This document shows positions 1 through 9,696 of a stretch of 64,000 nucleotides of DNA, in pieces. The number at the start of each line of letters is the position of its first letter. Position 1 is the first letter of the stretch. The notes below the pieces were generated by a model. It had not been told where the DNA came from and made no database searches. It was given only the letters and a program-made list of their open reading frames with translations. Source of the stretch: Candidatus Thorarchaeota archaeon (GTDB lineage: Archaea; Asgardarchaeota; Thorarchaeia; Thorarchaeales; Thorarchaeaceae); the NCBI GenBank assembly GCA_046482545.1, contig JAWOEX010000028.1, positions 1 to 64,000 on the forward strand, read 5' to 3'. The position numbers and the translations under genes are program-made.

Positions 1-203
1 GGACAAATGCCGCATATGCGAGGTGCAATCCGAACAGCCTCTTCCATGGGACGTCCTTCAAGGAACTTCTCAAAGAAACGGGTGCTACTTACGTTGAACT
101 GAACATCCTTGACTTCATTGTTCGGGCCAAGTTTAATTGTCAGTGACCCGTGGCCTTCAAGCCTTGTTACAGGGTCGATTCGAATAGTGCGTTCATCGGT
201 CAT
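1..203 (-). CDS. mvhA: [NiFe]-hydrogenase large subunit MvhA (group 3c), 5' part; runs off the left window edge
   Basis: Not in the ORF track. Manual translation from ATG at 203 gives [25 protein letters not shown]...[27 protein letters not shown], with the TRLEGH and L1 RxCGxC motifs. ATGA overlap with the mvhG stop. Confidence 0.93.
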   Translation of the reverse strand, partial: [67 protein letters not shown]

Positions 204-1123
204 TTGTCCTTAGCCTCCTCTCGCTTGATTCGCATACTTCCTAAATGGCTGGCTGGATACGTAAATCGCCAGAACGTTCCGAGTGGGTCTTTCACTTGCT
301 CGAGTAAATCATCCGGATCTATAGGTGCATAGCTGCCAAGCATGGATATTCCTGCTGCTCCGTGGTCATCATGGATTGGTGGCGGTGGTCCGAAGCATCC
401 TCGGCAAGGAACACCTTTGTTCACACATTGTCCCTCACAAAGGCCCCAGGTAGCAGAACCTAAGCAGATGTATCCTTGTTCCAGGAGGCACCTATCAGGA
501 TCAGCCTTTCCTTGGTATGGTCGTAGGACTTCGGGAATGGGAGTATCTTCCTTCTCCCGGTCACAGTAGTGGCAAACAGTATGGGGAGGCAATTCAAGAT
601 CCTCGCCTTTCAAGAGAGCAGTCAACGCCTTCAGAATCAAATCAGAAGTTGGTGGACAGCCAGGTAGATAGATGTCAAAATCAACATAATCCTTGTTGGG
701 TTTCACAACGTCAGTTATTGGAGGAAGATTCTCTGTGGGTACTTCACCGTTCTTTACCGTCTTGTTGTTCCTGAATTTGACGTCATAGCATTCTTCTACG
801 TCCGAAAAATTCGCCATTCCAGGAATGCCTCCGAACGTACTGCAAGAGCCAAAGGAAATGAGGGTCTTGCACTTATCCCTCATGACCTTCAAGAGATGAA
901 CGTCTTCTTCAGTACGAGCCATTCCCTCATACAGACCGATATCAATTGAGCCATCAGGATACGCTTCAAGATGCTCATGTTTGAAGTCGGCTACAGCCGC
1001 CCAGAATTTGATATCTAGCTGCGGAAGGACATCGGCCAAATGCATGTGAATATCCACAAGGCTCTGGAAACATCCCCAGCAAGAACTGCCCTGTCCAAGT
1101 GCAACTGATACCTTTTCCGTCAT
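200..1123 (-). CDS. mvhG: F420-non-reducing hydrogenase small subunit MvhG
   Basis: SSCWGC, GSCSTFGGIPG, PGCPP, CHYC, CLLEQGYICLG and PCRGCFG Fe-S motifs; lies between mvhD and mvhA. Confidence 0.92.
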   Translation of the reverse strand: MTEKVSVALGQGSSCWGCFQSLVDIHMHLADVLPQLDIKFWAAVADFKHEHLEAYPDGSIDIGLYEGMARTEEDVHLLKVMRDKCKTLISFGSCSTFGGIPGMANFSDVEECYDVKFRNNKTVKNGEVPTENLPPITDVVKPNKDYVDFDIYLPGCPPTSDLILKALTALLKGEDLELPPHTVCHYCDREKEDTPIPEVLRPYQGKADPDRCLLEQGYICLGSATWGLCEGQCVNKGVPCRGCFGPPPPIHDDHGAAGISMLGSYAPIDPDDLLEQVKDPLGTFWRFTYPASHLGSMRIKREEAKDK

Positions 1124-1125
1124 GT

Positions 1126-1365
1126 TCAGTTCTCCTTCAGTCCATAAATCAATTCTTCACCATTGTCATCTACAATCTCAATGTCGCCCCATCTAAGCAT
1201 TCCAACAAGATTCCATACCACTTGAGATTTCTCTAAATCGGTCTCTGCTGCGATTTCTGAAACCAATGAAGGACCGTTCGCTAATACGTCTTCGATGGCC
1301 CTACGCTGCTTGCGTATGACTCCTCTTTTTTGTTTGAACATCTTCGAAAATTCGCTCATTGCCAT
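1126..1365 (-). CDS. Small winged-helix protein within the mvh operon (start probably ATG at 1359)
   Basis: GPSLVSEIAAETDLEKSQVVWNLVGMLRWGDIE is wHTH-like; overlaps the mvhD stop. Confidence 0.7.
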   Translation of the reverse strand: MAMSEFSKMFKQKRGVIRKQRRAIEDVLANGPSLVSEIAAETDLEKSQVVWNLVGMLRWGDIEIVDDNGEELIYGLKEN

Positions 1366-1802
1366 TGCCTCTCAATAGGTCCTAACTCGCGGACCTGCTC
1401 GGTCAAAGTAGTCACTCCGTCTGCAAATTTCTGAGCCTCCGAAGCGCTGGCCCATTGGAGTCTAATTCTTCCTGAATCAACGCCTGCTTGCTCAATGGCT
1501 TTCTTCATCAGCGCCCATCGGGCCCTGAGTTTTAGGTTGCCACTCGTATAATGACAATCGCCAGGATGGCAACCAGATACCAGAACTCCGTCAGCGCCCA
1601 TATCTAGCGCCGCGAGAATGAATTCCACATCGATCCTGCCAGTACAGTTCACTCTAATGATTCTAGCATTCGGTGGATACTGGATACGACTTGTACCCGC
1701 GAGGTCAGCACCAGCGTACGAACACCAATTGCAGCAGAATGCCACAATTCGAGGTTCCCACTGGTCTTCTCTATCAACCGGTTTTGCCTTCGCAGTTGTC
1801 AT
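1356..1802 (-). CDS. mvhD: Hydrogenase iron-sulfur subunit MvhD
   Basis: FCCNWCSYAGADLAG, RVNCTGRID, GCHPGDCHY, WASASE. Confidence 0.96.
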   Translation of the reverse strand: MTTAKAKPVDREDQWEPRIVAFCCNWCSYAGADLAGTSRIQYPPNARIIRVNCTGRIDVEFILAALDMGADGVLVSGCHPGDCHYTSGNLKLRARWALMKKAIEQAGVDSGRIRLQWASASEAQKFADGVTTLTEQVRELGPIERQWQ

Positions 1803-3556
1803 TGTGTAACACCTCCTTTGCCACCAACAGGTGGACAGAGGTAGGCTTCTACCATCGACATAATCTGATCGTCAGTAGAGTGCCTCATAACTATAGCATT
1901 GCTTGGACAAGCCGCTGCACAGGTACCGCAACCGTGGCATTTGGCTTCGGTGACACTGGCTATTGGGGGATCTTCGGTTTCGTCCATAGAAATCGCCCCA
2001 TACGGACATGTTGATACACAGGTGTGACAGGAAGAACATAAATCGGTGAGAACATGTGCTACAGTCGATTCGATTTCTACCCTTTTCCTTGCCATTAGAC
2101 CTGTTGCTTTTGCCGCCGCGCCGCTAGCATCCACAACAGCCTCAGAAGCGTTCTTTGGGGCTTGAGCTGCTCCTGCAATCATTACTCCAGCAGTGTGCGT
2201 TGTCAATGGTGCTAGTTTGATGTGCTCCGGATTGAAGAAACCATCAGGGGCTCGTGTTAAGCTGAATCTATTGGCTACTTCTCCTATGCCTTCAGGTGGT
2301 AGCATTGCTGAAGCCAGAACGAGAATATCAGGTTCAAAGTGGAGTTTCTCGTCTGAAAGAACATCCGTCCAGTTCAGCATAACGTTCCCATCTTTAGCCT
2401 CAACATCCGGATTCTCATCTGTGGGAAACTTGCTGAATATAACATGCTTACTTCGAGCCTGCCTGTGAATCTCCTCGTGATTCTTCCCATATGTGCGTAC
2501 ATCCCGGTATAGAATTACAACCTCGTCTACTATGTCCTTCATTTCACTGGCAGATTTCGCAACTGCAGTACAACAATATCGTGAGCAATGTTCATGTCCT
2601 TCTTTGCCAGGTTCTCGAGAACCAACGCATCCTATGAAGGCCACATTCTTGATTGGTTTGCCGGTGCTTGGCTGCTTTAGCTCGCCCTTCGCTTTGAGCC
2701 TTTCAAGGTCAGCAAGAGTCAGAATATCAGGACTCTTACCGTAACCATAGTAACCATGAGGCTCAAACGAATCGAAACCTGTCGCAACAATAGCTGCACC
2801 TACTTCTAGCGTGTCTTCGGACCCATTAGCATTGTTTCGGATTTTGGCCTCGAAGTTGCCAACATACCCTTCAAACTCAACGACTTCCGAATTGGTGAAG
2901 ACAATTATATTCGGGTTTTCCTTTGTGCGCTTCACCATTGGATTTATGACATCGGACGCTTCTTCCATTGTCGGAAACAGCGTCGACCACTCAGCAACAT
3001 GGCCGCCGAGCTGCTCATTTCTCTCGACGAGTACGACCTTGAAACCTCTGTCAGCTATGTCGAGTGCAGCTCTCAGTCCTGCAATACCCCCACCCAAGAC
3101 CAAAGTCTGAGGGGTAACATCAACTGTCTTTATCGGTAGACTCTCGAGCTTCGCCGCGCGGGCTACAGACATTCTGACAAGGTCTTTCGCCTTCTGTGTG
3201 GCCTTTTGTGGCTGATTCATGTGACACCAAGAAACATGCTCTCTGAGATTGACCTGTTCGAAGAGATATCTATTCAGGTCTGCTTCCTCAATTACTCTTC
3301 TGAAAGTTGTCTCATGCATTCGAGGTGAACAACTAGCGACAACAATCCGATTGAGGTCGTGTTCATCAATCATGTCTTTAATCAATCTCTGGCCTGCATC
3401 TGAACACATGAACATCTCATGAGTGGAGTAAATCACATTGGGAAGATTGCCAGCGTTTTTCGCAACTTCTTCTACGTCAACTACGCCAGCTATGTTGTGT
3501 CCACAATGGCAAACAAACACGCCTATTCTTGGTTTTTCAGTCGTAGCCATTTTCAT
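1799..3556 (-). CDS. hdrA: Heterodisulfide reductase subunit A-like protein (N-terminal domain + FAD domain + C-terminal ferredoxin; no inserted ferredoxin)
   Basis: RIGVFVCHCG, CSPRMHE, NLREHVSW, GGGIAG, CVGSR...CSRYCC and a C-terminal pair of CxxCxxCxxxCP motifs. Confidence 0.92.
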   Translation of the reverse strand: MKMATTEKPRIGVFVCHCGHNIAGVVDVEEVAKNAGNLPNVIYSTHEMFMCSDAGQRLIKDMIDEHDLNRIVVASCSPRMHETTFRRVIEEADLNRYLFEQVNLREHVSWCHMNQPQKATQKAKDLVRMSVARAAKLESLPIKTVDVTPQTLVLGGGIAGLRAALDIADRGFKVVLVERNEQLGGHVAEWSTLFPTMEEASDVINPMVKRTKENPNIIVFTNSEVVEFEGYVGNFEAKIRNNANGSEDTLEVGAAIVATGFDSFEPHGYYGYGKSPDILTLADLERLKAKGELKQPSTGKPIKNVAFIGCVGSREPGKEGHEHCSRYCCTAVAKSASEMKDIVDEVVILYRDVRTYGKNHEEIHRQARSKHVIFSKFPTDENPDVEAKDGNVMLNWTDVLSDEKLHFEPDILVLASAMLPPEGIGEVANRFSLTRAPDGFFNPEHIKLAPLTTHTAGVMIAGAAQAPKNASEAVVDASGAAAKATGLMARKRVEIESTVAHVLTDLCSSCHTCVSTCPYGAISMDETEDPPIASVTEAKCHGCGTCAAACPSNAIVMRHSTDDQIMSMVEAYLCPPVGGKGGVTQ

Positions 3557-4890
3557 GCCACCTTCTTAGAAAGTGCAATCGTTGCCTGCATCGCAGCAGC
3601 ACTTCCAGATGCCACGGAGTCAGGAATATCCTTTGGACCTTCAGCACAACCACATACGAAGATTCCTGAAATCTTGGTATCCACCGGTTTTGTAAGAGTA
3701 TCCGGAACTCCGATGTATCCTGTATCGTCCAAATCCATGTTCAGAGTCTTTGCTACCTTTTTGAGGCCTGAAGTAGGTTCAACTCCGGGACTCAAGACAA
3801 TGAGATCGTGCTTCCTCTCAAGCATTTGTCCTGTTGTTGTATCTTCTACCCTGACCAACAAGCTGTCACTGTCGCTGTCTTCATAAACCTCCCCAACCCT
3901 GCCTCTCATGAAATTCACACCGAATCTGGTTTTGGCCATTTCATAGAACTCTTCGAATCCCTTCCCGAAGGCACGAATATCAAGGTAATAGACAGTGACA
4001 TCAATATCGGGATGATGCTCTTTCGCCATCACGGCATTCTTAATCCCATACATGCAGCATATTCGAGAGCAGTGGGGTACTCCTTTGTTAATGTCTCTTG
4101 CACCGACGCATTGAATGAAACCAATGCTTTTCGGAACAGCTCCATCACTTAATCTAATCAAGTGCCCTTTCGTAGGACCGGAAGCATTGATGAGTCGTTC
4201 GTATTCGAGTGCATGAATTACGTCCTGATATTTGCCATATCCAAGTCGTGGATATCTGGATACATCAAACAAATCATAGCCAGTTGCAATGATGATGGCT
4301 CCGGCGTTGATGTGCAATCGCTCATCTTTCATATCATGGTCGATAGCGTCTCGTCCGCATGCGTCAACGCATCTGTTGCACTTGATGCAATTCTCAATAT
4401 CGATCGTATAGCTATTCGGCATTGCTTGGGGGAATGGCCGGTATATTGCCTTTCGAAAGCCTATACCTTGCTCGAATTCTGATGGGACTTCAATGGGACA
4501 CTGAGAAACACATTCTCCACAAGCTGAACACTTGTCTTTATCAACATAGCGTGCCTTCTTCAGAACAACTACATCAAAGTCACCTTGTTCACCCTCCACT
4601 TTTTCTATCTCCGAATATGTTAAGAGAGTGATATTGGGGTGCCTATCAACTTCGCTGAGCTTTGGTGTAAGTATACATGCAGAACAGTCTAAGGTTGGGA
4701 AGGTTTTGTCGAGGCTAGCCATCTTTCCACCGATAGATGGCGATTCTTCCACTAGGTACACTTGGAAATCCTGATCGGCAACATCTAGAGCAGCTTGCAT
4801 TCCTGCTACTCCGCCGCCAACAACCACTATCGTAGATGCGGGTTTTGATTCGATATCAGTTACTAATTCCGTTTTCTGTTCTGCCATCAT
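3553..4890 (-). CDS. hdrA: HdrA-like flavoprotein core with inserted ferredoxin; lacks the N- and C-terminal domains
   Basis: GGGVAG, LDKTFPTLDCSACILTPK, CSACGECVSQCP, CVGARD...CSRICCMY, GPKDIPDSV. Confidence 0.92.
   Translation of the reverse strand: MMAEQKTELVTDIESKPASTIVVVGGGVAGMQAALDVADQDFQVYLVEESPSIGGKMASLDKTFPTLDCSACILTPKLSEVDRHPNITLLTYSEIEKVEGEQGDFDVVVLKKARYVDKDKCSACGECVSQCPIEVPSEFEQGIGFRKAIYRPFPQAMPNSYTIDIENCIKCNRCVDACGRDAIDHDMKDERLHINAGAIIIATGYDLFDVSRYPRLGYGKYQDVIHALEYERLINASGPTKGHLIRLSDGAVPKSIGFIQCVGARDINKGVPHCSRICCMYGIKNAVMAKEHHPDIDVTVYYLDIRAFGKGFEEFYEMAKTRFGVNFMRGRVGEVYEDSDSDSLLVRVEDTTTGQMLERKHDLIVLSPGVEPTSGLKKVAKTLNMDLDDTGYIGVPDTLTKPVDTKISGIFVCGCAEGPKDIPDSVASGSAAAMQATIALSKKVA
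4006..4086. repeat. Near-identical 81-bp tract shared by two hdrA paralogs (copy 1)
   Basis: Matches 7058-7138 with 2 mismatches; 4013-4073 is identical to 7065-7125. Confidence 0.9.
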
Positions 4891-5765
4891 TTAGCCTCCT
4901 GAAGGGCTCCGAAGATAGGTTTCGAATCAATCCGATTAAGCCATACACCCAGTTCGTCCATTGGAATACCAAGCGCGGGTCCCATAAGTTGGGGCAAGGT
5001 CAATACTGGAATGCGTTCCTCAGGGCTCATTCCTTCGCCAAACTGACATTGAGTTAATTGAATATTGCAGAACTGACATGCCGTAATCAATCCATCAGCA
5101 CCGGAATTCTGTATGTTCCTTATCTTATCCAAACCGATTTTCGTTGCAACTTCCTCATCCATCGCTAGCAACGGTCCGCCACAACATCGCGTTTTTCCGG
5201 TGTAGTTGACTTGATCAGCCCCAATTATCTCGATAATCCTGTCAATTATGGTGGGATTCTCTGGGTCATCTACCTGAACTATCTCAAATGGTCTGGTAAC
5301 GTGACACCCGTAATGAGCCGCCAGCCGCAAACTGGAGTAGGGATTAACTACGGCCCGTTCGATTGCCTCGTAGCCAATATCCTCGTTGAGGACTTGTAAA
5401 AGATGCTTCACTCGAGAGCTTCCCGTATACTTGAGGTCTTCTTCGGCAAGCAATTCGTTCAACTCGTTGCGGAGTTCTTCATCGTTATCAAGTTCATGCT
5501 TGACCATTTTCAGAGAACCCGAGCAAGCTCCGCATATAGCGAGAATATCACGGTCATAGTGCTCGCTCAGAGCCAGAATCCTTCCACTCATTGCGATGAA
5601 GGCCTTCTTACTGAGTGATTCAACAAATTGCGTACCACAGCAGTTCGCGTTCTTCATATCTATGAGATTGACACCGAGCTTCTCTAGAACCAGCTTAGTT
5701 GCTTTCTCATATGATGGTAATCTGACAGGTGTTGTACAACCAGCGTAGATGACTAATTCCTTCAA
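4887..5765 (-). CDS. hdrB: Heterodisulfide reductase subunit B
   Basis: Two CCG domains (YAGC...NCCG...CGAC; HYGCH...RCCGG...CQFC) and the DDPENP motif. Confidence 0.92.
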   Translation of the reverse strand: MKELVIYAGCTTPVRLPSYEKATKLVLEKLGVNLIDMKNANCCGTQFVESLSKKAFIAMSGRILALSEHYDRDILAICGACSGSLKMVKHELDNDEELRNELNELLAEEDLKYTGSSRVKHLLQVLNEDIGYEAIERAVVNPYSSLRLAAHYGCHVTRPFEIVQVDDPENPTIIDRIIEIIGADQVNYTGKTRCCGGPLLAMDEEVATKIGLDKIRNIQNSGADGLITACQFCNIQLTQCQFGEGMSPEERIPVLTLPQLMGPALGIPMDELGVWLNRIDSKPIFGALQEAK

Positions 5766-5770
5766 GCCCG

Positions 5771-6265
5771 TTACTCTCCATCAATATAGCGTTTCTTCAC
5801 TTTCTTGGAAAATTTGCAATTCCATCCAAGATCGGGGTCTAAATCGAGATCAAGTCTGTCGTCCTCTTGGAAGTCTGTGTAGGAATCTTCGAGCATCCAT
5901 CCGTCCTTTGCTATGATATCTACTGTGTCAGAGAAAATATCAGGTACGTAACCTTCTTCGCCTGCTAGTTCTCTTACCGCTCGAAAAATCTCGGCTATGC
6001 TGACACCTTCCTGGCATCGTTCTTCACACATTCTACAGGTCATACATAGCCATGGTAACTCACTCGACAATACTTCCTCCCGTTTGCCGATGACTATTTT
6101 CTGTATGAGTTTCCTGGGGCGATACCTGTCCGTTACATTAGCTACCATGCAACTCGCACTGCAAATCCCACATTGAACACATTTTGAGATTCCTTCGCCC
6201 CCTGGCCGCTTCGAGAGCTCCTCCACGAAGTCGGAATTCGGGACATGGTTTTTTTCTTGTGTCAT
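5771..6265 (-). CDS. hdrC: Heterodisulfide reductase subunit C
   Basis: CVQCGICSASC and WLCMTCRMCEERC. Start re-called to ATG at 6265 (MTQEK), which follows AGGAAAGGA. Confidence 0.9.
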   Translation of the reverse strand: MTQEKNHVPNSDFVEELSKRPGGEGISKCVQCGICSASCMVANVTDRYRPRKLIQKIVIGKREEVLSSELPWLCMTCRMCEERCQEGVSIAEIFRAVRELAGEEGYVPDIFSDTVDIIAKDGWMLEDSYTDFQEDDRLDLDLDPDLGWNCKFSKKVKKRYIDGE

Positions 6266-6601
6266 TACATTTCCTTTCCTTGCAAACTGCCGTCCCGTAT
6301 GCTGTAATCGACAGCACTTGATACCATTAATAAGAGCATTTTGGTACGGTTGTAATCGTTCTCTCTTTGACACATGAATATCACTATATCCAGCACAAGG
6401 GTTTTTTGGTTACGAATTGATACCTCTTTCGTTTCCTCCATTATATTTGTACCGCGTAAAGGGGTATATGGTAGAAAACGTCTCTTTTGTTGATTCAGAT
6501 AATTCACGTTCTATTGAACTGAAAAAAGTAACAGTATGAGACTCAGTAGCATACCCAGACTGCTGAATCTACACGCAGGTAGTGCTGATCCCCTTAGACC
6601 G

Positions 6602-9376
6602 CTAATCGTCTTGTCCTTTTGATAGCATAATGCTGACCTTCATGGCGGCTGCGCTACCAGCAGACACGCTGTCGGGTATGTCCTTAGGACCGTCTGCGCA
6701 CCCACATACGAAAATCCCTGGCATAGTAGCAGTCACAGGTTCTGACAATAGAGAAGGCACATTGATGTAGCCATCCTCATCGAGATCAGTACCCAACTCG
6801 ATTGCCATATCCCGAAGGCCCTCAGGAGGTTGGATACCAGGACTTAGAATCACCAAATCGTGCTCATAATCATTGATTTCGCCGGTTGTGGTCTCTTCCA
6901 CTCTAACCAGCAGGTCTTTAGTTTCATCGTCTTCCATCACGCAGCCCACACGCCCCCTCACAAAGTTAACACCGAATCTCGTCTTCGCCATTTCATAGAA
7001 TTCTTCAAACCCTTTCCCAAAAGCCCTAATATCGGCAAAGTAGATTGTGACCTCTGAATCGGGGTGATGCTCTTTCGCCATCACGGCATTCTTAATCCCA
7101 TACATGCAGCATATTCGAGAGCAGTAGGGTACTCCTTTATTTACGTCTCTTGCCCCAACACACTGCACGAAACCAATACTCTTTGGAATCTTGCCGTCGC
7201 TCAAGCGAATTAGATGACCCTTGGTGGGCCCTGCAGCACTAATGAGGCGTTCATACTGCATTGCATTGATTACGTTAGCATACTCGCCAAAACCCAGACG
7301 GGGATACTCCGAGACATCGAAGAGCCGCGCGCCTGTAGCAATCACGATTGACCCTACTGAAAGATTGACGATTTCCTCTCTCATCATGTGGTCAATGGCA
7401 TCTCTATCGCATGCATCTACGCATAGCTTGCATTCACAACAATTAGCACATCCCAAGCAGCGCTCCGCTTCAGTTAGCGCTATTTCTTCGTTGAAACCAA
7501 GCTCAACTTCCGAGAAACTGTTCTTCCGCGACGCCACACTTTGCTTTGGCATTACCGCTCGTGATTCAATGTGTCGCCCACTCTTGTCTACTTCAAATGA
7601 CTGAACACGATGCCTGTCATCAGTTCGACCTTGCCGTAAGTCCTTGTCACTCAGATATCTGTCTATTGACTCTGCCGCTTCTTTCCCATGTCCGACTGCC
7701 TTTACTGCAGTGTACGGTCCAGATACCAAGTCCCCACCTCCAAATACTCCGTCTATGTTCGTCTCAAGCGTTATTGGATCTGCTTTCAATAGCCCTTTAT
7801 CGGTACAGTCGCACTCATTTTGTATTCCCACAGGGTCGGGGCTTTGGCCTATAGCCACTATCATATTATCCATGGCAATGGTGAACTCTGAATTTGGTAT
7901 GGGAATCGGTCTTCGTCTTCCTGAGTGGTCAGGTTCACCCAATCTCATTCTAACACACTTGACCCCCGCAAGGGCGTTTTTCGAAGTGAGGATTTCCACC
8001 GGTTGTGTCAGAAACATGAATCTGACGCCTTCCTCTCTGGCATCTTCAACTTCACTTGGGATTGCTGGAAGCTCAATTCCCGAACGGCGATATATGACGA
8101 CAACATCGGATGCACCCATCCTGAGCGCTACTCTTGCAGAATCAACAGCTGCGTCACCACCACCAACTACAGCAACTTTCTCCCCTACTTCGATTTCCTC
8201 GGTCGTTGCAACCTTTTCTAAGAATTCAGTAGAATGGAAAACCCCAGTCATCTTTTCTCCGTCAATCGCTAGCCTGTTGCTTACTGAAGCACCAGTAGCC
8301 ATAAAGATGGCATCAAAACCGTCCTCTTGGAGTTCTTCAATTGAATTAACCCTATGGTCGGTTTCTATCTTGACACCCATTGCTCTGATTCTGTTGATTT
8401 CATAATCCAAGACATTTCTAGGGAGTCTGTATTCTGGTATCGCATACCGCAATAGCCCACCAGCCTTGGGCATCTGTTCAAACACCGTAACAGGATAGCC
8501 TTTTCTAATCAAGTGATACGCACAAGACAAACCGGCAGGCCCAGATCCAATAACAGCCACAGAAGAGTCCTTATCCAGTTCAACTGGTTCGAATTCGGGT
8601 GATTCCCCAGCCATTTCATAGTCAGCCAAGAATCGGTGTAAATTGCGGACGCTCATGCTCTCATCTAGCCTTCCTCTCTCACATTCGGCCTCGCAGAAAC
8701 CTATACATACCCTACCAAGAACCCCCGGGAAAGGTATGGAATCCCTCACAATTTTCAGAGCTTCCTCATATTGCTTTTCTTTCATAAGAGAAATGAAGCC
8801 TTGTGCGTTGACCCCAGCCGGGCAGCTGGCTCGACATGCAGGGAGACCTTTCTTGTCTATTGTATATGTGTTCGGTGTTGCCTGAGGGAAAGGTTGGTAA
8901 ATCGCTTTTCTGAAGCCAATCCCTTGATCAAACTCGCTCGGTAGCTCCACAGGGCATACATCCATACACTCCCCACAGCCTGAGCATTCCTCAGGATCTA
9001 CATACATAGGCTTTCGGACAACTTGGACATCAAAATCCCCAGCTACACCGTTAACGCTTCTTATCTCACTGTAGGTTAGAAGGTGAATATTTGGATGCCG
9101 ATCCACTTCGCTTAGCCTTGGAGTCAGAATGCAGGCAGAACAATCAAGAGTCGGAAACGTCTTGTCAATCATTGCCATTCGGCCTCCTATTGAAGGCGAC
9201 CTTTCCACAAGAATAACATCAAAGCCTTGATCCGCAATATCCAAGGCGGCCTGCATTCCAGCGACACCTCCACCCACTACCATTGCAGTTGTAAGAGCAG
9301 AGCGTCCTTGCGAAGTTTCAATCGATTTTGCGATGTCAGCACACATCTCCGGTACTCCATTCCCGTTCAAGCACAT
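6602..9376 (-). CDS. HdrA core with an inserted GltD/NfnB-like NAD(P)H oxidoreductase module (HdrL-type fusion); exact start uncertain
   Basis: HdrA motifs DKTFPTLDCSAC and CSRICCMY flank ACRASCPAG...GRVC...CEAEC, GSGPAG, IPEYRLP, GGGDAA, YRR and AERCLGC. Confidence 0.88.
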   Translation of the reverse strand: MCLNGNGVPEMCADIAKSIETSQGRSALTTAMVVGGGVAGMQAALDIADQGFDVILVERSPSIGGRMAMIDKTFPTLDCSACILTPRLSEVDRHPNIHLLTYSEIRSVNGVAGDFDVQVVRKPMYVDPEECSGCGECMDVCPVELPSEFDQGIGFRKAIYQPFPQATPNTYTIDKKGLPACRASCPAGVNAQGFISLMKEKQYEEALKIVRDSIPFPGVLGRVCIGFCEAECERGRLDESMSVRNLHRFLADYEMAGESPEFEPVELDKDSSVAVIGSGPAGLSCAYHLIRKGYPVTVFEQMPKAGGLLRYAIPEYRLPRNVLDYEINRIRAMGVKIETDHRVNSIEELQEDGFDAIFMATGASVSNRLAIDGEKMTGVFHSTEFLEKVATTEEIEVGEKVAVVGGGDAAVDSARVALRMGASDVVVIYRRSGIELPAIPSEVEDAREEGVRFMFLTQPVEILTSKNALAGVKCVRMRLGEPDHSGRRRPIPIPNSEFTIAMDNMIVAIGQSPDPVGIQNECDCTDKGLLKADPITLETNIDGVFGGGDLVSGPYTAVKAVGHGKEAAESIDRYLSDKDLRQGRTDDRHRVQSFEVDKSGRHIESRAVMPKQSVASRKNSFSEVELGFNEEIALTEAERCLGCANCCECKLCVDACDRDAIDHMMREEIVNLSVGSIVIATGARLFDVSEYPRLGFGEYANVINAMQYERLISAAGPTKGHLIRLSDGKIPKSIGFVQCVGARDVNKGVPYCSRICCMYGIKNAVMAKEHHPDSEVTIYFADIRAFGKGFEEFYEMAKTRFGVNFVRGRVGCVMEDDETKDLLVRVEETTTGEINDYEHDLVILSPGIQPPEGLRDMAIELGTDLDEDGYINVPSLLSEPVTATMPGIFVCGCADGPKDIPDSVSAGSAAAMKVSIMLSKGQDD
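7058..7138. repeat. Near-identical 81-bp tract shared by two hdrA paralogs (copy 2)
   Basis: Matches 4006-4086. Confidence 0.9.
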
Positions 9377-9696
9377 GTCCAGCGGCTATTGCTGCAGATT
9401 ATCGACCAGTATTCTTCAATTAGATATCATAATCGAACTCATTCTTCCGATAATCAAATTGATATACATGTTCTCTTAACAACATAAAACGACTTCCGAT
9501 GTAATAAAGCTTACATTTTCAGTTAGGACATGAGATATTCATCACAAAGAATCGAATACGGGGGTTGTTTTGGCAACTTTCTTACACAGGTATCTTGTCC
9601 GAAATCCGAAAAGTATGGCATTAAGCAAGACTGGCTTCTTAGACCATGCAGTCCCTTCCCTGAGGGAGTATGCACTTGATAGCTCAATTTGGCCAT

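Noticed and set aside
7644-8405. Long antisense ORFs (e.g. 253 aa here; also 11929-12441 and 51238-51762)
   Set aside because: They are shadows of well-supported genes on the opposite strand.
1356-9376. Selenocysteine forms of HdrA/MvhD
   Set aside because: All these ORFs are open with Cys codons at the motif positions; there is no in-frame TGA.
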